This document shows, piece by piece, positions 26,601 to 37,950 of a DNA stretch of 64,000 nucleotides. Position numbers and translations under genes: made by a program. The notes beneath the pieces are model-generated. The model was given only the letters and a program-made list of their open reading frames with translations, was not told the origin of the DNA and ran no database searches. How positions within the stretch are numbered: the stretch's first letter is position 1; every line of letters starts with the position of its first letter. Source of the DNA: Eledone cirrhosa. Taxonomy: Eukaryota. The stretch covers positions 196,230,001 through 196,294,000 of the forward strand of contig OZ024742.1 of NCBI GenBank assembly GCA_964016885.1, given 5' to 3'.

Positions 26601-27244
26601 ATTATTATCATAAAGAATCATCTTTACAATAAGTGGTGATAAAAAAAATTCACTATTATAAATATGTCCTGGAAATGTAGAATTAATTTTCTGATAGTGA
26701 TGATGATGATGATGATGATGATGACAATCATGATAACCATCATCATTATCTCATCAATTATTTACAAAAGTTGATGGTAAAAATAAACTATTATTCTATA
26801 TATAATAAAATTAAAATACTTTTCTTCTTCCCAGAGTTTCACTACATTTCTATGGAAATTAGTTTTTATAACACCACCACTGCCACTACTACCACACCAC
26901 CACCACTACTACCATCATCAGCAGCACTGCCACTACCACACCACCACCACCACACCATCATCACAACTCCACCACCACCACCATCACTACCACCTCCTCC
27001 TCAAGCCAGCACAAATAACAGCCAAATCAAAAATCTATAAACTTTTCTTTTTTTTTTTTTTGAATTAAAAATATATGATTTAGAAACGAGAGAGAAATAT
27101 TTGTTATTTTTTCTCTGTCGAAGACTCCCAGGCAATATTAAAACAAGAAGCTCTACATGTGTTACACACGTGCGTGCGTGCGTGTGTATATATATATAGG
27201 GAGACACAAAGCAGGCTTTGTTTAGAACGGATAGCGAATTTGAA

Positions 27245-27474
27245 AATTAGGTAGTAACATGTATTTACACCGTATTTGACTAAATAGAATTAGTCTGTTA
27301 GTTGGGATTTAAAAAAAGAAACCCCGCTGAATGGAAAAAAAGGATGAGTATGGATGTACATGGGACACGAACCCACATCTTTGGTTTTCCATTCAGAGGG
27401 TATTTTTAAAATCCCAACCAACAGACTAATTCTATTTCGTTAAATACGGCGTAAGCACATGTTACTATCTAATT
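27245..27474. mobile_element. Foldback element with tRNA-like motif in the loop
   Basis: ~90-bp inverted arms. Loop contains gggacacgaaccc (reverse complement gggttcgtgtccc). Confidence 0.75.
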
Positions 27475-28278
27475 CATCATCATCATCATTTTACGTCCGC
27501 TTTTCCCTGCTGCACGAGTGGGACAGGTCCTATTCAACACAGCATCTCTCCACTTGTCACGGTCCTTCGTCTAATGTCCGCTTTCCTAACTAGCAATGGT
27601 TGGACGGGTCTACATAGACCAAGTTAGTACTGAAGTGGAGCCGCTGATCTTCCTGGCAGGCCAGAGATCTGTGTCTCGCTTTATGTATGATCGATGCTCC
27701 CCCAAGTGCACAGGAGAAGTTGTCATATCTTTGACACAACTGAGGGTCCTCCCAACCCTTTTGTTTGGAAAGATTTCTATGGCTGGATGCCCATCCTATC
27801 ACCAACCCCTTTACATCTTGTACTGGATGTATTTATCATCTAGGTCACCAAACACTAGGGGAGTTGTCATGTCCTTCACACGGCTGAAAGGTCACACACA
27901 CACACCTTAGACTCGGTAGGTAGCAAACCAATTTTTATTAGGTCACACCAACTACATTACTTTGAAGAAAGTCAAAAGTTTTCCATCTTACCAATGTGAA
28001 CATATTGCCCACTTTACAATATCATTTGTATTAATTCACTCAAGTCTGTTGTACAGGGTGAGCATAAAGTCTTTCCCTGATTATAAAATATATATTTTAG
28101 ATACTATTTGAGATTTTACTTTTTCACTGTTTAATTTATAAATTTCAAGTTTATTTGAATGTGTTTTACATTTTCTCTTCTACAAGAAGTAATTTTCAGT
28201 AACAAAATGCAAAGACTTTATGTTCACCCTCTATATTTATTTCTAGTTGTAATATTTTTGTTACAATATTGTCTCACA

Positions 28279-28528
28279 TTAACCCTTAAACCGGCCATAT
28301 TCAGCCAGAATTCTCTCACCTCTTTCTGTTCAAACCGGCTGTAACCGGCCACCCATATTGACATTAAGGTCTATTGGTGTCAAAAACTCGGCCACCCATA
28401 TTGACATTAAGACTATTGGTCTCAAAATCTCGTAGATTCAATATTATGTGAGATAATTATGTAAGATAAAGCCTTTATCACAAAAATACAATAGTATATA
28501 TAGAGTAATGTAAATGTTAGAGGGTTAA
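28279..28528 (-). mobile_element. piggyBac-type MITE family A with internal ~42-bp tandem duplication
   Basis: TTAA|CCCTT...AGGG|TTAA; 'cggccacccatattgacattaag' occurs twice. Confidence 0.82.
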
Positions 28529-28759
28529 TTCAGTCACAAGCCTGTTGTTTATTTACTTCTAGTTGCTATATTTTTGTTATGATATTGTCTCACATGCAAC
28601 TTACCAACAGAGCAGTTGCACAAACTGGCATTACAAGTGCATTGTTACCTAGATGCATGAAATTGCATATCAGTGCACGGCTGAGAGGTGGAGATGCAGC
28701 TGTCTGGTCATCTTAAGTAACTTTATTGTATGTACTGATTATATATATACACACACACA

Positions 28760-28836
28760 CAGTGTCCCCAAAATTGTATACACACTTCAACAGGATTCTA
28801 ATCAAATTGTGTATACATTTTTTGGGACACCCTGTA
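28760..28836. mobile_element. Tc1/mariner-type mini-MITE in (TA)/(CA)n
   Basis: TIR consensus CAGGGTGTCCCAAAAAATGTATACAC with TA flank. Relatives at 47543, 50783 and 55927. Confidence 0.75.
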
Positions 28837-29129
28837 TATATATTTACACACACATGTGTGAGTGTATGGCAGATGGTTATGAATACTAAATCTTTCCCAG
28901 GAGAAAAATGCATTGCTCAACAGAAGTTAGTTATTAGTGACATCAGAATAAGCACAAGACAAAACAAAAAACACAGGAAAATTTGGAGGAGAACATGAAA
29001 GCTAAAGGATCTTTCTGTTAAAAATAGACTCATGAAAACCTCAGGTGATGCATATGGCAAAAAGGAGGAGGAACAAGATACATATGACATAGAGAACAAT
29101 AGGAAGTTTCTACATGACAACCTACTATA

Positions 29130-29760
29130 GGAAGCTATCTGGAGACGTAGGAACTAACCTAGTCACCTAGAAAGTCAACCAGGTAATACAGAAGGTCATA
29201 CTCAATGACTGCCACAGCAGCTTACTTATTAATTACTCCAAGGGAAAAGGGGATACATTAGAAAGGAGCAACTACTGGGGCATAAAAATTAATGGATCAA
29301 ATGACAGAAAGGGTTCTAGCACAACTAATTTGGGAAAGAGTCAGGGAGGAGGAGTACTACAAATGCTCTCTCCTTAGTGAGATAACTACAAGAAGTTCCA
29401 ATCTAAGAGTAAGCCTCTATATATAGCTTTTGTTAATCTAGAGAAGGCCTTTGACAGAGTATCATAATCTGTCATCTGATAGTCCTTAAGGAAATTAGGT
29501 ATAGAAGAATGGTTTGTGAGAGCAGTGCAGACCATGTAAAGTAAGAGTAGGAAATGAGTTTAGTGAGAAATTCAAAGAAGACGTTAGAGTGCATCAGGGC
29601 TCAGTCTTCAGCCCTCTTCTGTTTATTAGTTTTCCATGCCATAACAGGAGTTTAAGACTGGCTGTTCATTGGAATTTCTGTATGCTGATGATCTGGTTCT
29701 TATAGTTGAATCTGTGGAAGAACTAGAGAGGAAATTTCGGCTGTGGAACAGAACTTAGTA
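29130..29760 (+). mobile_element. Decayed RTE RT fragment
   Basis: NY.GIK.MDQ, KPLYIAFV.LEKAFDRV, VHQGSV.SPLLF, YADDLVL. Confidence 0.85.
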
Positions 29761-30022
29761 GGAAACAAGACTCAAAGAGACAAAAACAGTTTCACCTCTC
29801 TCTGCTCCTGTTGTGTTGCATATAGAGAGGAGGGAGAGGGAGATTAGAGCTTCTCAAGTTGAATGGCTTACAGAGAAAAAAAAGGAAAAAACTAGAGAAT
29901 GAAACAAGTCCATAAATTAATTTGTATTTGACACCATGAAATGGGGTGGGAGGGAGGAATAGTGAAGAGACTCAATTGGATCCAAATTTATTCATTACTG
30001 TAATGGTCTCCTTATATATATA

Positions 30023-30948
30023 CTAGCAGATGTACCCGGTGTTGCTCGGGTATTAAATAGCAGTTGTGTATACCATTTATGTCAATACTTCAGTGCTACT
30101 TTGAAAACTATACTTTTACAAAATCATTGGCTTTTTCCAAAAGAGGGTTCCTGCCCCCAGGGGTCCCCTACTCAATATGTGCCAATTCTGAGAGTTCACA
30201 TTCATCTGTAGGACAAACGTAGCCCATGTGTCAAGTTTTGTGAAAATCGGTTGTGAACTCCAGAAGTTATGACATTTTGTTGCATTGCACTGCAGTTCTT
30301 CAGTCGACTCCAAGGAAATGGTTAAAGGGGGTTATCTGCCGGGAGGCCCTATAATCAATATCTGGAAAAATGAAAGTGCTCATGACCATCCGGAGTACAT
30401 AAGTAACCTATGTCTTAAGTTTGGTGAAAATACTGTAGAAATGTATAAGGTTTATACACGTGCGTGCTCGTGTGTGTGTGTGGGGGGGGGGGTATGTATT
30501 TGTATGTCCGTCGGGGCATACGTATGTACTGGCCTAAATCTTCGCTATTTACTTTTACTATTTTAATAACCGTCATTGCATGAAATTGTTCTTCTCGCTC
30601 CACATGACGTATTATCCTCGTTTTTTTCCCCGGTCATTGCCAGGGAACGTCTTCACGAACCAAAATATCGTCTTCCTGTTTTCGTTCGGTTGGAACGTTT
30701 CTCAAAATATTTACTTCTGCGTTCACAGATTACTCTCAGTTCAATTTGAATGGGAAATTCCTGTTTCATCGATTTTCTCTGTAACCATGGAAGCTTGTAC
30801 CCTAAATGTCGACCCAACGTCTCCTCGGGTCATTCTGCATAACTGTGTAAATTTTTGCTGCATTCCATCAAGCCGTTTCGACGTTTATCCGACTACACTT
30901 ACTTACTTAAATATACAACATCCAACCACTTCCAATTTATATAGTAGA
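30023..30948 (-). mobile_element. Non-autonomous Helitron
   Basis: Minus strand begins A|TCTACTATATAAA and ends CTAG|T, with subterminal hairpin ACCCGAGCAACACCGGGT (30034-30051). Confidence 0.82.
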
Positions 30949-30952
30949 TAAG

Positions 30953-31450
30953 TATATATATATAAAGTTGTCTTCCTGTCTGTTTGTTTGTTTGTTCACG
31001 AACTACTCCTATGGTTTTGGAGATGGACCCCATAACCATATATATTCTGAAACTACATTGTCCAGGGTACTTGGATAAGTATATTTCATTTTAATCAAAG
31101 GGTTCCCTGGGGGCACAAATCCCCACTGAAAATTTTTTCCCTTCGATTTATATGAAATTTAAACCATAGGTAAATGACAAGAGATGATGCCTATTCACAA
31201 AAGTTTTGAATTGATATTTTGAAAAAAATTATTTACATGAAACAAAATAAGAATAAGATTTAATAACGTACTTTTGATATGATATATTACAAAAAAAATG
31301 ATGTTTTCCAATTTTTCATGCATTACATTTTACATTGAGTAATATTGAAATGCAGAGTTTTTCTCCATAAATTATATCACTGATTTAAAATCAATCATCA
31401 TTTTCTTACAAAAAAAATGTGTGAAATGCAACAAGGTGCAGGTGCGGCTA

Positions 31451-31451
<1 letters not shown>
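30953..31451 (+). mobile_element. Non-autonomous Helitron (second family)
   Basis: 5' TATATATAAAG then (GTTT/GTCT)n; 3' GCAAC..GTGCAGGT..GCTAG|T into (TA)n. Confidence 0.65.
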
Positions 31452-31484
<33 letters not shown>

Positions 31485-31487
<3 letters not shown>

Positions 31488-31770
31488 CATCAGACTGAGG
31501 ATCCTGTAATAAATAGGCAAAACTCCAGAGTACCAAGACCCACTATTTAGACTTAATAAAATGAATATATATATATATTCATTTTATTAACTCTAAATAG
31601 TGGGTCTTGGTACTCTGGAGTGTTGCCTATTTATTACAGGATCCTCAGTCTGATGATTCTGTGATAAACAAGTGAAACTCCAGAGTAACAAGTCTCACTA
31701 TTTAGCTGTAATAAATGAATATTAAAACTACTTCAGTATTGAGTACTTTTTTTCTCTCAGCTGTCAACTC
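31485..31770. mobile_element. Triple (+/-/+) HHR family A foldback element
   Basis: 31485-31658 is a palindrome centred on (TA)n. HHR-like copies at 31495-31537 (+), 31606-31648 (-) and 31650-31692 (+). Tail gtattgagtact. Confidence 0.8.
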
Positions 31771-31936
31771 AGCAGGGAATAGCAGACGTAAAATAATGAT
31801 GATGATGATATATATATGATATGTAGATCTGACTGATCAGACAGTCTGCTAATATGCAAATGAGGCTGATCAGTCACTGTATATTCCAGAAAATATATAT
31901 TTTCACTAGCTCTGACAGTTGGCAGGTAAACAGTAT

Positions 31937-31980
31937 ATGGTACTGATGAAGGGTAATCACCCAGAAACAGTGCCTGCCAT
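31937..31980 (+). ncRNA. Hammerhead ribozyme motif (family D), cleavage site probably mutated
   Basis: atggta ctgatga a gggt aatc accc a gaaac agtgcc tgccat. Stem I and stem II pair. Confidence 0.58.
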
Positions 31981-32246
31981 TCTGTTTGTATGCCAACACA
32001 AGAGCAAGAATGACGGAGTCATTCTACTGACATAGCTTAAGAGGCTGTTTGCATAATTGCAAACAAATCGAATATTATTATTAATTCTGAGTTCAAATCG
32101 CGCCGAGGTTAACTTTGCCTTTCATCCTTTCGGGGTCAATAAAATAAAGTACCAGTAATACACTGGGTAATTGCTGGCCTTGTGCCAAATGTAGAAACAA
32201 TTATTAATATTTGAAAAACTCAGATTACATTCCTTTTATATATATA

Positions 32247-32607
32247 TATGTATAGTATATTTGGCAATATACTGTATGTTTAATTAAAAACATTTAGAAG
32301 ACTATACGCTATCAGTTTTAAAGTAGTGACTATGTCACTTATTTTTGGCGAAAGAGGGAGAGAGGTTGACAGTCTGTTTCATGCTGGTTGGCATTCATCA
32401 GAACCACACACTCCTCTACTTCCGCTGAAAATTATAGAAGCTGGATTCTTATAGAATTCCAGTAATAATCAGGAGCCGATTATACAGAGCGGTTGCCAGT
32501 CCGGCAAAAATTAGGAATTAGGATTGGTGCTCTGAAATAGCGATGTATACATGAATGTATGTATAGTATATTTGGCAATATACTGTATGTTTAATTAAAA
32601 ACATTTA
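32247..32607 (-). mobile_element. Retrozyme-like element: 311-bp unit with 50-bp terminal direct repeats, in (TA)n
   Basis: 32247-32296 is identical to 32558-32607. Contains an intact HHR and no ORF. Confidence 0.8.
32364..32405 (-). ncRNA. Canonical-core type I hammerhead ribozyme (family E)
   Basis: GGUU-CUGAUGA-AUGC CAACCA GCAU-GAAA-CAG A CUG-UC-AACC. All core nucleotides present, 4-bp stems I and II, GUC triplet, quasi-palindromic stem III. Confidence 0.87.
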
Positions 32608-32962
32608 TATATATATATATAGGAAAATTAACACAGAGAGGACAAAACAACAAACGAAAACAATGCAAAACAAAAAAACTATTTTTTCAAGAAAAGAACA
32701 GGAAGAAAAAAAGCAAGAAGAAAGTAAGGTGTCATGTTAAAGAAATATAAGTCGTTGAAATTAATCTGTGTGTGGGGGGGGGGGGGGGAGATACACACAC
32801 TGGTATCTACCTGTCTATGGTAGGGCTAATAAGGCTATTAGAATTCCATGTAGTAGGAAGTTAAAAACCCAATAAGATCAGGTGCAAAGAGTCTTTGTTT
32901 TCGTGACAGTATATCTTCATATTAGATTTCGTTGAGCATTTAACCGAGCTACACAGTCACAT

Positions 32963-33195
32963 ATATAGGTTGAATAATGAAAACAAAAATGAAAACGAAA
33001 TAGATCCACACCACCAATAAAGACAGCAAGATGGACTTATTATATCAAGATTAATAATATGGAGTTGCATAACTACTATTGATTAGGCAATATATCGATG
33101 TTATAGTGGTCAATTAACCTTCTGAAACAATCATAAAACAATGAACTAATTAAGCAATAAACCTCACCTTTTTATTTTCATTGTTGAACCTATAT
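32963..33195. mobile_element. TA-flanked MITE
   Basis: Imperfect TIRs tataggttgaataatgaaaa / ttttcattgttgaacctata. Confidence 0.55.
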
Positions 33196-33235
33196 ATATG
33201 TATATATAAAAATAATTTTTTTTAAAATAAAATAA

Positions 33236-33532
33236 TGAGATGTCGTACACGAGTGAAAGTATAAAAGAAGAGAAATTTAAAATGCAACTGGAGTTTTTTT
33301 TAAGAATATTTATTTATTTCCTTTACTGGTTTCACAGTTCTTATGCTTTTCAAAAGTAGAATTGAGATGGAGGGTTTGTGGTTTTTCTCGCATCTACATC
33401 AATCTCAATTATACTTTTGAAAAGCATAAGAACTGTGAAACTGGTAAAGGAAATAAATAAATATTTTTAAAAAGACTCCAGTTGCATTTTCGATTCCTTT
33501 TCCTTATACTTTCACTCGTGTTGGACATCTCA
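33236..33532. mobile_element. Foldback element with two U3-A8 variant HHRs (family F)
   Basis: ~130-bp inverted arms flanked by (TA)n. Confidence 0.78.
33414..33449 (+). ncRNA. Hammerhead variant with UUGAAAA core; mirror copy 33321-33356 (-)
   Basis: ctt ttgaaaa gca taagaac tgt gaaac tg gta aag, followed by AATAAA. Confidence 0.55.
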
Positions 33533-33558
33533 ATTTTTTTTTATTAAAAAAAAACTCA

Positions 33559-33593
<35 letters not shown>

Positions 33594-33599
33594 TCATCA

Positions 33600-34096
33600 T
33601 ATATTTTTTAGTTTGTTGGTTCACCACTGGATAGAACTGATCATTCTGTGTGGTCAGCCACAATGTAATATTATGGAAAGCACTCAACGTAATGCAACCA
33701 CCCGTCTTCGTTTGTGTAGTTGGTGGTGCGAGTACGGAGTTAATTATTACAAAATAACAGGAGGCATGCTCTGGTGTAAATCCTTGAAAGGTTTATTTTA
33801 CTATGATCATTTCAATGACCGGGTTCAGTATGAATCCGGTGACATCAGGTAATTCAAAATATAACGAAGGAATATATCAGATAAAAATCTTTGGTATTTA
33901 AATCGCTAAAATACCAGCTGCCTTCTTGTCTCTAATTTAAACACCAAAGATTTTTATCTGATATATTCCTTTGTTATATTTTGAATTACATGATGATGTC
34001 ACCGGATTCATACTGAACCCTGTCATTGAAATTATCATAGTAAAATAAACCTTTCAAGGATTTACACCAGAGCATGCCTCCTGTTATTTTGTAATA
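33600..34096. mobile_element. Foldback element (arms 33745-33903 / 33934-34096) with long-stem-II HHR motifs (family G) and a leftward 3' tail
   Basis: Near-identical arms. HHR-like 33986-34043 (+) and 33798-33852 (-) have stem I ttac/gtaa and palindromic ATGATCAT stem III. Tail motif gttgagtgct (minus strand, 33679-33688). Confidence 0.78.
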
Positions 34097-35766
34097 TATA
34101 TATATATATATATCACCGTTTTACGTCCATTTTCCATACCAGCATGGGTTATATATATAAAACGAAGAATCTTACATAAAACCATGACAGAAGGTTTTCA
34201 GATATTGAGAACACACAACTTTCAAACTAAACTAAATATCTGTAATTAAGACTGTCAAATGCTTAAACTTAAACATAAATACATCTAGAATAACCCAAAG
34301 CTATCCATATATTCAAGCAAAGAGAGCTCATTAACCCACTTACAACCTCATTCACACAAGCAAAGCAAAAGTTACTCTTGACCTACACTACATGCCAACC
34401 TTCTCTACAATAATGACAGATGTCATCAGGTTGTAGACATCGAATTGCATAGTTCTGTAAAATAATTTGCAGCAACCACAACCCATTGCATAAATGGCCA
34501 AGCACCCCAGACTCTCAGTGCAGCCACCTGAAATATTTTTCAATGTACCCTATCAAACATACAGCCATTCACTGAAATAAACTCTATAACCAGAAGCTAT
34601 ACCAATAAAACCTAATATATTAACAGCAAATTAATTTATTTTACTATTGCGTGCCAAGCCACAATTTTTAAATGCGTTAGTATTCATTAAGAATTTATAA
34701 CAAGTTTCTATTGTAAGATTTAAGTTCCATCTGAAATCAATAAAGTAGGAATACTTTCAGCAAGATGTAATTAATTTTCATTCCTTTTCTTTTACTAGTT
34801 TCAATCATTAAGCTGTGGCCATGCTGGGTCAACACTTTGAAGAGATTTTAACCAACCATATCAACCCCAGTACTGATTTTTTTCTTTTGAAGTTTGGTAT
34901 TATTTTATAGATTGGTTTTTATTGAAGCATAAAGTTTGAATGTGGACCTATGTTAAGGATGAGTGTTCTTCGTGGAAGATTTGCTGTGATTCTGAAGCTT
35001 AGTATGTGGAGCAATTGTCCAGTGCTATGATATTTTCTTGAGATGAGCAAAGGTTATAAATATATGTACATATATAACTATATATGTATGTGTATAATGA
35101 GTTGTACTTGTAATTTGAAGAGCCAACCTTGTCACATACTATGCCATACTGGATTTCCCTGAGAACTATGTTAAGGGTATGTGTGTTTGGAATGCTCAGC
35201 CACTGGCACGTTAATTTCATGATCAGGTTCTTCCATTGATCATATCAACCGGAACACTAACTGTAACCAATGGAGTACCAATTCAAAGGAGCAAGGTATG
35301 CCATGGCCAATGGCCAGACTTGTCTCATAATTCTTATAGTGACATAGTGATACACAATGGCTGCTGACGGGGGAGTCGTAACTTTTATAATGATTAGTGA
35401 TATACTATGTTTGGCGGTGGCGGTAGTAACTTGGTGACATAGTAATGCTGCGGTGGCTGGGGGGGGGGGGGGGGTAGTACTTCTCACTGATATAGTAATA
35501 TATTATAGTGGGGGAAGGTAATAACTCTCAGTGACATAGTAATAGACTATCGTTGGTGAAGAGGGGGGATAATAACTCTCACTGATATAGTAATCTATTG
35601 ATATACTATGGTGGTTGGTTAGTGACTGTCAGTAATATAAATTCCTCTCCATGTAAAACTAAACATGGTTGCATGTATCAAATTTAACAATGTTTTTTTA
35701 ATTATGTAAAAAGCCTTCGAGAGTAGAATTAGGAAATCACTGACGTTGATGTACTTGGTCAACAAA

Positions 35767-36195
35767 TAATTGTTTCTACTTTAGGCACAAGGCCAGCAAT
35801 TACCAGTGCATTACTGGTACTTTATTTTATCGACCCCGTAAGGATGAAAGGCAAAGTCAACCTCGGCGGGATTTGAACTCAGATGGTAAAGGGACGTAAC
35901 TATGCTGGAAAGCATGGCGTCCGACCCTCTACCGATACTGATCAAGTAGTTTTAACTGCTTTACAAAGTACATTTACTAAAGACTGTTGCACTTAGTAGT
36001 CATCTAATAATAATTGTTTCTACTTTTGGTACAAGGCCAGCAATTATCCCAGTGCATTACTGGTACTTTATTTTATTGACCCCATAAGGATGAAAGGCAA
36101 AGTTAACTTTGGTGGGATTTGAACTCAGACCATAAAGGGCCGTAACTCTTTTCTGCAAAGCATGGTGTCCGACCCTCTACTGATACTGCCAAGCC
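35767..36195 (-). mobile_element. Two adjacent Meta-like SINE copies
   Basis: Core and B-box repeated at 35767-35940 and 36010-36195. Confidence 0.85.
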
Positions 36196-36282
36196 ACCTT
36201 AGGTTCAAGGCCAACAATATCTGGGAGAGAGGAAAGTCAATTAAATCAACACCAGTGTGTTACTGGTACTTTTCACACTTAA

Positions 36283-37380
36283 GATGCTCATGTAGATCAA
36301 GTCCAAACCCATCAGTGGCTACACAGTTCAGGATTAAAGGCTGAAACAGAAGGCTTTATTTTTGCTGCCCAGGACTTCTTTACTAGGAATTATCAGGCAA
36401 ATATTCTCAGACCCCTAATGTACAATATGTGATGCACAGCTTGAAACAATTGACCATATGATATCAGGATACTCCACGCTAGCACCAACTGGGTATAAGT
36501 TTAAACATGATAGGGTGGGGCATTATATCCACTGGATAACATGCAAACAATATAATTGTTTCTACTTTTGGAACAAGGCCAGCAATTATCCCAGTGCATT
36601 ACTGGTACTTTATTTTATCAACCCCCGTAAGGATGAAAGGCGAAGTTAACCTTGGTGGGATTTGAACTCAAACCATAAAGAGACGTAACTCTATGCTGGA
36701 AGCAAGGTGCCTGACCCTCTAACGATACTGTCAATCCACCATATAATAACTGTTTCTATATTTGGCACAAGGCCAGCAATTATAGCAGTGTATTACTGGT
36801 GCTTTATTTTATCGACCCCGTAAGGATGAAAAGCAAAGTTAACCTCGGTGGGATTTGAACTCAGACCATAAAGGGAGGTAACTCTATGCTGGAAAGCATG
36901 GCGTCAGACCCTCTACCGATACTGCCAACCCACTGCCCTTACAATACAAACAATGTAATGCAGAACATACAGAAAATTGGTATGAATACAAACTACAGCC
37001 AATAACTGAGACAGTAGGAGTAATTATCCTTTGGGAGTTACCATCTATAGAGATTGCACTATTAATGCAAACTGCTTTGATATTATTATTAAAGATTTAT
37101 AAAACAAGACCTGCTTACTCATTGACATGACTGTACTGTCTGATAGAAATATGTCAGCAAAAATATATGTAAAACTTGCAAAATATAAAGATCTAGAAAT
37201 TGAGATAAACAGAATGTGGCACCTTAAAACAGAAACTATTCCGGTAGTGATAGGTGTCATAAAGAAAGGTGTTCAAAAGTTTATAGAAAATATACCTGGT
37301 AAACCTACCATCTATGAAATTCAAAAGATAGTTCTCACAAGTACCACCCATATACTTTGTAAATTTTTGTCTTTGTAATA
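36283..37380 (+). mobile_element. R4/Dong-clade non-LTR retrotransposon 3' fragment (zinc knuckle and restriction-like endonuclease), interrupted by two SINEs
   Basis: THQWLHSSGLKAETEGFIFAAQD; ETIDHMISG; HDRVGHYIHW; WYEYKLQP; ILW; KYKDLEIEINRMWHLKTETIPVVIG; EIQKIVL..THIL. Confidence 0.85.
36553..36940 (-). mobile_element. Tandem pair of Meta-like SINEs nested in the R4/Dong fragment
   Basis: Two copies of the core. The R4 reading resumes after ~36945. Confidence 0.85.
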
Positions 37381-37754
37381 AATCTCAACACAATTTTTTC
37401 TATTTAATTTTTATAGTAAATTTAATTGATATTTAGTACCATTCAAATATCCTTAATGCAAATGTAATTCATATCTTTTATACTCCTTCATACTTCTTTT
37501 TATCACCTCATACCTTTCTATACTTATTTTCTCAATGTGTTTGTTTTACCTATCAACTTTTGTTATGTGACTTGTTAAGTGAGTAAGGACAGAACAATAA
37601 GAATAAAAAAGCTACCAAAAACTGTCAAAACCAACGATGCTTGATGCCTGCCCTATGTATCTAGTTGATACTTTGATACCTGTCCTAAGTATCTGGTTGA
37701 TACTTGGTAGTCATTGCATATAAAGTGAAATCAAAAAGTACTAATAATAATAAT

Positions 37755-37950
37755 AATGGTTTCTGATTTTGGCACAAGGCCAGCAATTTCGGTGGAGGGG
37801 AAAGTCGATTAAATCGATGCCAGTGCATAACTGGTACTTTATTTTATCGACCCCGTAAGGATGAAAGGCAAAGCTAACCTCAGTGGGATTTGAGCTCAGA
37901 ACGTAAAGGTCCATAACTGTATGCCATGAAGCATGGTCTCCGACACTTTA
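37755..37950 (-). mobile_element. Meta-like SINE; another at ~38485-38690 (-)
   Basis: Same core, plus 'gggaaagtcgattaaatcga' segment. Confidence 0.8.

Noticed and set aside
28052-28090. Tc1/mariner-like terminus TACAGGGTGAGCATAAAGTC
   Set aside because: No matching second TIR found nearby.
34395-34435. Minus-strand ctgatga near gaag; also exon-like or decayed APE-like reading at 34300-34610
   Set aside because: No GAAA core or valid stem II. The protein similarity is too weak to call.
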